NCBI GenBank assembly: GCA_965648915.1
Contig: CBFGIV010000034.1
Coordinates: 1-23,723, forward strand
Reading direction: 5' to 3'
From: a candidate division WOR-3 bacterium
GTDB taxonomy: Bacteria; Hydrothermota; Tepidihabitantia; SM23-42; CAYGYG01
DNA: 23,723 nt
Below are positions 1 to 7,300 of this stretch, piece by piece; the first letter of the stretch is position 1, and each line of letters begins with the position of its first letter. The position numbers and the translations under genes were made by a program. Under the pieces are notes generated by a model. That model made no database searches. It was not told where the DNA came from and saw only the letters and a list, made by a program, of their open reading frames with translations.

Positions 1-55
1 AAGAATTCTTGTGCACATCAAGACCAAGATAATAATATTCAACACTTTCTGGCAT
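1..55 (-). mobile_element. 5' end of probable IS110-family (DEDD) transposase, truncated by the window edge
   Basis: Minus strand reads AAGGAGG-cttt-ATG then MPESVEYYYLGLDVHKNS. Y-x-G-L-D-V-H-K is the typical N-terminal motif with the first catalytic Asp of IS110/IS1111 recombinases. Only 18 codons are visible. Confidence 0.7.
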
Positions 56-71
56 AAAGCCTCCTTTACCA

Positions 72-100
72 ATTATAAAGAGAAACAAAATGATATCCAA
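72..100 (-). promoter_or_regulatory. sigma70-like promoter upstream of the transposase stub
   Basis: TTGGAT (100-95), 17-bp spacer, TATAAT (77-72), followed by the SD. Confidence 0.5.
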
Positions 101-121
101 GAGCCATTTTTCATTTTATTC

Positions 122-149
122 TTGACAGGGTTGTTAAAGTGATTAAAAT
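122..149 (+). promoter_or_regulatory. sigma70-like promoter
   Basis: TTGACA (122-127), 16-bp spacer, TAAAAT (144-149). SD-like AAGGAAGG precedes ATG 175. Confidence 0.65.
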
Positions 150-174
150 ATTCAGTTTAATAAAGGAAGGGTTT

Positions 175-1338
175 ATGAAACATATAATCATATTCCTGAG
201 TTTTGCTCTTCTTTTCCTATGGGGCGAGATGGCGATCGACACCGGAGCCTGTGTCCTGATTCTTGATGATACCCTGGCCTGCTCAATCGGTTATTTCCAG
301 TATCCCAGATATACACCAAATTCTCTATTTATGAGTTCCATGCTTTTGGGGAATTCGGAAAGATATGTGGTCGACTGTTTTCTTCAGACTCAGCCGGTAA
401 GTGATTGGCGATGGATTGAGCACTGGCGGGAGATCATACCGCCCCTCTGGCTGAGTGAACAAACATTCTGCAGTCTGATCGACGATGGTAACCATCCAAC
501 ACCAAAAGGGATTAGGGCAAGGCGTTTCTTTATCGGTCGCGGCTCCAGAAATTACCCGGCCTTTGACGATTTTGTAATCTTAATCTACAACTATATCAAT
601 CCCACGGATTCAGCGATCCTTAACTGTTATGCCGGACTCTTTCTCGATCTTGACCTTGGCGCATCACCGACAGTCAACTGGGGAAGAACCAATCAATCGA
701 AACGTTTTACCTATATGTGGCCCAGTCTTACCAGTCAATTCCCGACCATCGGGGTCAGGCTTCTCTATCCAAAAACCCCGGCCAATCTAAGTTTGATCGA
801 CCACGCTCAATATGTCTATCCCGAAATGCCCGAATCGACTAAATATAAATTTTTAAATGGCACAATCCGCCTGCCCAATTCAACCAGGGCTTATGACTAC
901 TCAATCTGCGTCAGTTTCGGGCCATTCAACCTTCTACCTCAGGACAGCAGCATCTGGGGTGTCTTTGCCTTGATCGGCGGGCTAGACTCAATCAGCGCCG
1001 GTATCAATAGTGACAGTGCTCAGTCCTGGTGGAATTGTGTGACCAAAGTTGGAGAGATCGACAAACAGTCTCGTTCCCCAAAATTAAAGATCTGGCCAGA
1101 TCCAGCCCGAAATATCCTCTATTGCCAGATTGAATATCCTGAAGAAAGATCCTTAAAAGAATAAAAGAGTATGTTAAAAATCTATGATGTTCAGGGCAGA
1201 ATGGCGCGAAAAATACCTTTGTCTTCCTTAGAAAGATATTTCACTTTAAGGGTCGACAACCTGTCTCCAGGAACCTATTTTCTCGAAATAACAACCGGTC
1301 GCAAGAGGTGGTTAAAGAAGTTTCTTGTGCATAGATAG
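175..1338 (+). pseudogene. Secreted protein with T9SS type-A-like CTD, interrupted by an in-frame TAA at 1162-1164
   Basis: Signal peptide MKHIIIFLSFALLFLWG starts at ATG 175 (the ORF-track start at 139 lies inside the promoter). The CTD begins LKIWPDPAR and continues in frame after the stop as KSMLKIYDVQGRM...LSPGTYFLEITTGRKRWLKKFLVHR, ending at TAG 1336-1338. Confidence 0.75.
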
Positions 1339-1391
1339 TCTTTTTAATTTTTTAACCTATATTCTCAGGGCCAATCTCGTCTTAATTCTCC

Positions 1392-1420
1392 TTGACTTTC
1401 AATCTTTTATTACTTATACT
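1392..1420 (+). promoter_or_regulatory. sigma70 promoter, probably giving a leaderless mRNA
   Basis: TTGACT (1392-1397), 17-bp spacer, TATACT (1415-1420). ATG 1427 is 7 nt after the -10 box and has no SD. Confidence 0.75.
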
Positions 1421-1426
1421 AAAAAG

Positions 1427-2389
1427 ATGGAATTAAAAAGGCCAGCCCTCTATCTGGTCGATGAGCAGATTCTAATCAAGACTTTCCCGCTTGAGGGGAG
1501 AGAATATATCATTGGTCGGGCTGATACCTGTGATATTGTCTTGAACTCGAAAGAAGTCTCCCGTAGACATTCGCGTATCTCTTTTGAGAATGGTCGATAT
1601 GTGATTGAAGATTTAAATAGCACCAATGGAACTGAGGTCAACGGTCAAAGGATCGAGCGACAAATTTTACAGCATGGTGATGAGATCACCACGGGCGATA
1701 TCACCCTGATCTTCGATGATGGCTCAGGTATTATGGGCTTAAAAGAAGAGACCCAGTGCGAAAAGCCTGGTGAAGAAACTAAAAGCCTGTCGGCACACTT
1801 TGATCAGGTGATAGAAAAGACCCGGGATCGAAGTACTGCCGAAGCAGTCAAGAAGATGAAGACCAGATTGCTCAGGGGTCGAGAAGAATTAAAACGGGCA
1901 GCCTATCTCGACCGATTGACCGGAATCTATAATCGGCGCTTCTTTGATGACGAAATCTTGAAGAGACTGGAAATAGCAAAAAAGACTACAACCCCCCTCT
2001 CACTGATCTTTATCGATATTGATTTTTTCAAAAAAGTCAACGATACCCACGGTCATGATAAGGGGGACGAAGTCTTAAAAAAGACCGCTCGATTAATTCA
2101 GCATGCCTGCCGTCAGGATGATGTTGTTGCCCGCTATGGCGGCGAAGAGTTTGTTGTGCTCTTTTCAAATATGACCTTATCTAATGCACTAAATGCTGCT
2201 GAATCAATCCGCAAAATTATCGAAGAGCAGACCCCGGCGCTACTCCAGATGAAGATAACCGTAAGCATCGGAGTTGCAACCTATCCGAATCAGGCAAAGG
2301 ATAGCGCCGAATTGATTAAAAAGGCGGATCAGGCACTATATCAGGCAAAGAATTCTGGTCGTAATCGCGTTGCTGTGAGCAATGGCTAA
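1427..2389 (+). CDS. FHA-domain diguanylate cyclase (FHA-linker-GGDEF)
   Basis: FHA motifs IGR, VSRRH and STNGT. DGC motifs DRLTGIYNRR, DIDFFKKVNDTHGH, I-site RQDD and active site GGEEF. Start moved to ATG 1427 because of the promoter. Confidence 0.93.
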   Translation: MELKRPALYLVDEQILIKTFPLEGREYIIGRADTCDIVLNSKEVSRRHSRISFENGRYVIEDLNSTNGTEVNGQRIERQILQHGDEITTGDITLIFDDGSGIMGLKEETQCEKPGEETKSLSAHFDQVIEKTRDRSTAEAVKKMKTRLLRGREELKRAAYLDRLTGIYNRRFFDDEILKRLEIAKKTTTPLSLIFIDIDFFKKVNDTHGHDKGDEVLKKTARLIQHACRQDDVVARYGGEEFVVLFSNMTLSNALNAAESIRKIIEEQTPALLQMKITVSIGVATYPNQAKDSAELIKKADQALYQAKNSGRNRVAVSNG

Positions 2390-3377
2390 AGAGGCGATCG
2401 GACAATACAAGATCTTAAAAGAGATCGGTAAAGGAGGGATGGGGCAGATCTATACTGCGCTTCAGTCCTCCCTCAACCGGACGGTGGTGATAAAAGAGAT
2501 GAGCCGGGGGTTAACCGGAGAGGCTCTGGCGCGATTTAAAAGAGAAGCCACAATCTGTGCCAATCTCCAGCATAAGAATATTATCGAGATTTTTGATTTT
2601 ATCAAAGAAGGCAGTAACAATTATCTCATAATGGAATTTATTGATGGGATGAGTCTTGCCGATGTTATTGAAAAGGCGGCTCCCCTTCATCCAAGCGTTG
2701 CCGCGGCCATTGCCCGGGAAGTCTGCGCAGCATTGGTCTGTGCCCATAACAACGGCATCATTCACCGTGATATTAAACCGAGAAATATACTGATCTCAAA
2801 AGAAGGAACGGTCAAATTGACCGACTTTGGCGTTGCCCGGGATGTTGATGCCCCGGATCTGACCACAACCGGGATGATTATCGGAACCCCTTTCTATATG
2901 TCGCCCGAACAGGCATCCGGGGGCAAGGCGACCTTCCAGTCGGATATATTCTCCCTCGGTGTTGTCCTCTATGAAATGGTAACCGGGAAAAAGCCATTTA
3001 CCGGTGAGGACAGTCACGGTGTCATTGGCAAGATCTGCCGGGGAAAATTTAAATCCTCTTTCTGGCTCGACCCGCATCACAGCTGGCGCCTCTCCCGGAT
3101 TATCAATCGGGCAATGAAAAAGAATTTGAAGCGGCGTTTTAAGTCCGCGGATGAGATGCTTAACGCCTTAAACCGATTCTTAGGCTGGAAAGGTCAGGCG
3201 ACAATCGATGCCGAATTAAAAGGTTTATTGACGAGGATTGAACAGGAAAAGGAAGCAACGACGGTTGTCAAAAAAGCACGCAAGAAGAAAAAGGAAGAAG
3301 GTTCCCTCTCCCTTTATATCCTTATTCTTTTAATCCTTGCCCTCATTGCCTTTCTTCTGTATCAACTCTTCTCCTGA
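2382..3377 (+). CDS. Hanks-type Ser/Thr protein kinase with C-terminal membrane anchor
   Basis: GKGGMG, VVIK, HRDIKPRN, DFG and GTPFYMSPE motifs. A polybasic stretch is followed by a terminal hydrophobic helix. Overlaps the upstream gene by 8 nt. Confidence 0.95.
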   Translation: MAKEAIGQYKILKEIGKGGMGQIYTALQSSLNRTVVIKEMSRGLTGEALARFKREATICANLQHKNIIEIFDFIKEGSNNYLIMEFIDGMSLADVIEKAAPLHPSVAAAIAREVCAALVCAHNNGIIHRDIKPRNILISKEGTVKLTDFGVARDVDAPDLTTTGMIIGTPFYMSPEQASGGKATFQSDIFSLGVVLYEMVTGKKPFTGEDSHGVIGKICRGKFKSSFWLDPHHSWRLSRIINRAMKKNLKRRFKSADEMLNALNRFLGWKGQATIDAELKGLLTRIEQEKEATTVVKKARKKKKEEGSLSLYILILLILALIAFLLYQLFS

Positions 3378-3404
3378 TAGAACTTCTCGTTTTAAGGCCC
3401 ATCC

Positions 3405-4727
3405 CTATCTTACTAAAAGTCCGACAATCTCCATATGGTAGGTCTGTGGAAACATATCAAAGATATAACATCTACTGATCCTGAACCCCTTTTTACTGAA
3501 CCGATTCCCATCCCGGGCAAAGGTTGCGGGGTTACAGGAGATATAGAGTATCTTTTCAGTTTTAAGCCGGGCCAGGTTTTCAATAACTGAAGGATCAATC
3601 CCTTTCCTGGGTGGATCGATTATTACCAGGTCAGCCTTTTTAATCCCTGAGATCTGTTTTTCAACCCTGCCCTGGATGAATTCGATATTCTTGATATTAT
3701 TAACCCTCGTATTTTCCATTCCATAGTGCACTGCCTGAGAATTCTCTTCAATGGCAATAACTTTTACTACCCTTTCCGCGATTGAAATGCCAAAGGTGCC
3801 GATACCTGAATAGAGGTCAAGAAGAATCTCTTGCCCCTGGGGAGACAGCAATTCAAGAACCTTCTCTCCCATCATTTCAACAATCTTGGTATTCACCTGA
3901 AAGAAGGTTGCCGGTCCAATCCTGAGGATCTTATTTCCAATCTTCTCCTCAAGATATTCTCTGCCCCGGTGAACCAGATTGGTCTTGCCGAGGATACGAT
4001 TGGTTCGATCGGGATTTACATTCTGAACAATACCAACCAAGCCATTCAGTTCGCGCTCAAGCCCACCGTATAACTTTTCAGGCAATACTCGATCCCGGGT
4101 GACAAAGGTGAGATGGAGTTGGCCGGTGTTGACCCCTGACCTGATTATCAGGTGGCGGAGGTTACCGCGGTGTCTCTCTTCATCATAGATCTCGACCTTC
4201 GACTGCCGGATATATCTCTTGATAATCGACAGACCAATATTTATTGGCCGTTCATTGATCGGGCAGAAGTCATGGTCGACAACCAGATGGGAATATGTTT
4301 GATAATAACCAATCTTTAAACCATTGCGGTCCTGAACGGGTAACTGGGCTTTATTCCGATAGAACCACTGATCAAGGGCAAAGAAATTATCCACCCCGGG
4401 TTCAAAACTACCAACCCGACGACAGGTATCGATAAAGATCGACTTCTTCAATTCTTTCTGATAATTGTATTCGATGTGCTGGAGATGGCAACCGCCACAT
4501 CGAAGAAAAAGGGGACATTCAGGTTTAATCCGATAGGAAGATGCCTGAATAATCTCTAATAACGAACCGATTAAATAGTCCTTTTTCTCTTCCACGATCT
4601 TGATGCGGACCACTTCGGCTGGGATTACACCATTAACAAAACAGACTTTACCATCAATATACCCGATCCCCTGACCACGATGAACAACCTTTTCAATCTT
4701 CACTTCGTAAGTCTGGCCACGCTTCAT
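3405..4727 (-). CDS. rlmD: 23S rRNA (uracil-C5)-methyltransferase, RlmD/RlmCD family
   Basis: N-terminal TRAM domain, CPLFLRCGGC Fe-S motif, FFQVN, LDLYSGIG, DPPRKG, YISCNP (catalytic Cys) and DMFPQTYHME. Confidence 0.92.
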   Translation of the reverse strand: MKRGQTYEVKIEKVVHRGQGIGYIDGKVCFVNGVIPAEVVRIKIVEEKKDYLIGSLLEIIQASSYRIKPECPLFLRCGGCHLQHIEYNYQKELKKSIFIDTCRRVGSFEPGVDNFFALDQWFYRNKAQLPVQDRNGLKIGYYQTYSHLVVDHDFCPINERPINIGLSIIKRYIRQSKVEIYDEERHRGNLRHLIIRSGVNTGQLHLTFVTRDRVLPEKLYGGLERELNGLVGIVQNVNPDRTNRILGKTNLVHRGREYLEEKIGNKILRIGPATFFQVNTKIVEMMGEKVLELLSPQGQEILLDLYSGIGTFGISIAERVVKVIAIEENSQAVHYGMENTRVNNIKNIEFIQGRVEKQISGIKKADLVIIDPPRKGIDPSVIENLARLKTEKILYISCNPATFARDGNRFSKKGFRISRCYIFDMFPQTYHMEIVGLLVR

Positions 4728-4736
4728 TATTCGTTT

Positions 4737-6035
4737 TTAAATTCGACCCAGGATCAAAGGTGGCCTCTTTACTCGTTTACTGACAATTTTAAAAGACTGG
4801 GCCACGCGCTTTAAAAAATCAGGCAGCACTTGCCGATTAGTGTGGACAATAATCAAAATCTCGCCCCGCTCAACGCTGTCGCCAACTTTTTTTAATATTT
4901 CAAAACCTGCATCTGGATCAATTCGGTCGGTCAAAATTTTCCTACCCACTCCAATCTCCAATCCGGCCCAGCCCAGATCTGAGGCATCGACCATCGAAAT
5001 AAAACCCGATCGACTTGCTCTTATCTTATACTGATACCGGGCTTTAATAAAGTTATTCTTATCATTCAGATGGTCAGGATTACCACCCTGGAATTCAACC
5101 ATCTCTTTAAATTTTTCCCATGCCTTACCCGATTCGATCATACTCATTGAAAGGAACTTTCCTTCCTGACGATTCTTAACCCTGCCCGCCTGCAAGAGCA
5201 TCTCACTGCCTAAGGTAAAGACAATCTCATTAACATCCACCTCTCCTCTGTTCCTGAGGGTTTTAATCGCTTCCCAGACCTCAAGGCCATTTCCTACCAT
5301 CCGCCCGATGGGCTGATCCATATTGGTTATAATTGCCGAAACCACCTTGCCCAGCCTTTCGCCGGTCCGTTTCATCCACCGTGCGAGCATCCGGGCGTCC
5401 TCGATCTTCTTCATAAAAGCACCCTTGCCACATTTAACATCGAGGACCAGCCCATCGATTCCCTCGGCAATCTTTTTGGACATTATACTTGCGGTGATCA
5501 GGGGGATGGAATCGACCGTCCCGGTTACATCTCTCAGTGCATAAATTTTTCGGTCAGCGGGCACAATCGTTTCGGTCTGGCCGGAAATGAAGCACCCTAC
5601 TTTATCCAGTGCCCGCACCATTTCTTTAAGGTTGAGGTCGGTTCGAAAACCCGGGATCGATTCAAGTTTATCGATTGTGCCACCCGTATGGCCTAAGGAG
5701 CGCCCCGAGATCATCGGCACCAGGACACCACAGGCAGCAATCAGGGGAGTCAGAATCAGAGAGATCTTATCACCAACTCCACCGGTTGAATGTTTATCAA
5801 TTTTTGGCTTAGTTAGTGAAGATAGATCGAGTCTTTCTCCAGTATCAATCATTGAGGCGGTCAGGTCGACGGTCTCATTCAGGGTCATACCGTTAAGGCG
5901 GACCGCCATAAGAAATGCGGAAAATTGATAGTCCGGGATCCTGCCTTCAGTATAACCCAAGACCAGAAAATCAATCTCTTGCCGGGTCAGAATCTTCTTT
6001 GCCTTCTTCTTATTAATCAATTCGACGACATTCAT
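4737..6035 (-). CDS. pdp: Pyrimidine-nucleoside/thymidine phosphorylase
   Basis: DKHSTGGVGDK, SGRSLGHTGGTIDKLESIPG, YALRDVTGTV and SIMSKKIA motifs. Confidence 0.95.
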   Translation of the reverse strand: MNVVELINKKKAKKILTRQEIDFLVLGYTEGRIPDYQFSAFLMAVRLNGMTLNETVDLTASMIDTGERLDLSSLTKPKIDKHSTGGVGDKISLILTPLIAACGVLVPMISGRSLGHTGGTIDKLESIPGFRTDLNLKEMVRALDKVGCFISGQTETIVPADRKIYALRDVTGTVDSIPLITASIMSKKIAEGIDGLVLDVKCGKGAFMKKIEDARMLARWMKRTGERLGKVVSAIITNMDQPIGRMVGNGLEVWEAIKTLRNRGEVDVNEIVFTLGSEMLLQAGRVKNRQEGKFLSMSMIESGKAWEKFKEMVEFQGGNPDHLNDKNNFIKARYQYKIRASRSGFISMVDASDLGWAGLEIGVGRKILTDRIDPDAGFEILKKVGDSVERGEILIIVHTNRQVLPDFLKRVAQSFKIVSKRVKRPPLILGRI

Positions 6036-6183
6036 CTGTCGCTCATCCTTTCGGCATAGCCTTAGATGGTCTTTATCGAATCTGGTTTTTGGTAGGATCT
6101 CTCAGGAACCAACAGAACCTCGATAGACAATCTTCTGCTTCTAACAATTCTCTTCATCCTGTTAATCCATTTTACACTGGTTA

Positions 6184-7089
6184 TCAAAAACAGGCCTTAA
6201 CTATGTCTTTATCCGGGCAGGTGCCGAATTCAACCTGAATTGTGGTATGGCTTATACCAAATTTTTCAACAAGTAATTTTTCAATCTTCTCAATGATAAC
6301 TGCAACCTCACTTGTCCGGAAATCTTCGCAGACATCAATATGCCCTTCAAAATGGATATCCCGGTCCGTCATCTGCCAGATATGGACATGGTGGAGATTG
6401 TGGACCTCGGGGATACTTTCGACCGCGCACTTTATCTCCATTATATCAATCCCATCAGGCGTTGACTGCATAAGAATATTCACCGTATCCCGAACAATAA
6501 AGTAACTCTCGCGTAAAATATAGATGGCGATTGCCATAGTTAAAATTGGGTCAACAATATAGATATTGAAAATTTTAATCAGGATGCCGCCAATTACGAC
6601 AGCAACCGAAGATAAAGAATCAGCAAATAGATGGAGATAGGCGGATTTGATATTAAGATTTTTCTCTGCATCCCTTTTTAGTAAAAATACACCGACAAGA
6701 TTGGCAACAAGCCCGATCATTGCGACAATCACCATTAGATCGCTATCTATTGAATGTAATGTAAAGAGGCGGGCGATTGCTTCCTTGAGCAGAAAGAAGA
6801 TCACAATAATAAGAACCGAAGAATTAAACAATGCGGCAAGGATCTCGGCCCTTCTATAACCAAAGGTTTTTTGTATTGTTCTTTGGCGCTGACCGATACG
6901 CAGAGCAAAATAACTTATCAAGATTGCGATACCATCACTGAAATTATGGAGTGCATCGGAAATTAATGCAAGACTGTTTGATAATAAACCGCCAAAAATT
7001 TCAGCAAGCGTAATGAAAAAATTTAAGAGGATTACAAAAATAATTTTGCGGGTATTGATCAAACGATGATGAGAATGTCGACTATTCAC
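6184..7089 (-). CDS. Cation diffusion facilitator (CzcD/ZitB-like Zn/Co/Cd exporter)
   Basis: SLALISDALHNFSD, TFGYRRAE and HLFAD (HxxxD/HxxxD metal site), HHVHIW, HTTIQVE. About six TM segments and a His-rich N-terminus. Confidence 0.93.
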   Translation of the reverse strand: MNSRHSHHRLINTRKIIFVILLNFFITLAEIFGGLLSNSLALISDALHNFSDGIAILISYFALRIGQRQRTIQKTFGYRRAEILAALFNSSVLIIVIFFLLKEAIARLFTLHSIDSDLMVIVAMIGLVANLVGVFLLKRDAEKNLNIKSAYLHLFADSLSSVAVVIGGILIKIFNIYIVDPILTMAIAIYILRESYFIVRDTVNILMQSTPDGIDIMEIKCAVESIPEVHNLHHVHIWQMTDRDIHFEGHIDVCEDFRTSEVAVIIEKIEKLLVEKFGISHTTIQVEFGTCPDKDIVKACF

Positions 7090-7095
7090 TTAGAA

Positions 7096-7123
7096 ATTAT
7101 ATACCAATTTTTCTGGAGGTCAA
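7096..7123 (-). promoter_or_regulatory. sigma70 promoter, probably giving a leaderless mRNA for the CDF gene
   Basis: TTGACC (7123-7118), 16-bp spacer, TATAAT (7101-7096). The GTG start at 7089 is 7 nt downstream and has no SD. Confidence 0.7.
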
Positions 7124-7300
7124 GTACTATCCAGTGAATTGTGCTATCCGCAGACCACTAAATCTATTTTCCTAACACCATGAGCGCTGAACGACCGTTT
7201 GAAAATAGTATCGCGTAAAAATTTTCTCTTATGAAAAGAAATTTCCAATGTGTCACTTTTCTAACTACCCTATGCACAGAAGTTCAGCGGTAATCGAAAT

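Noticed and set aside
1162..1164. Alternative genetic code (TAA reassignment)
   Set aside because: TAA, TAG and TGA all end conserved genes at expected positions elsewhere in the window.
6036..6070. CC-GAAA-GG tetraloop-like element upstream of pdp as a possible riboswitch
   Set aside because: The stem is very short and I see no match to c-di-GMP or purine riboswitch consensus.
6062..6157. 31-codon minus-strand ORF MKRIVRSRRLSIEVLLVPERSYQKPDSIKTI between the CDF gene and pdp
   Set aside because: No convincing SD and no recognisable motif; it cannot be distinguished from chance.
7124..7300. Possible NiCo (czcD) riboswitch upstream of the CDF gene; CGCTGAAC/GTTCAGCG inverted pair
   Set aside because: No recognisable NiCo consensus, the region lies upstream of the predicted promoter, and an 8-bp repeat about 90 bp apart is weak.
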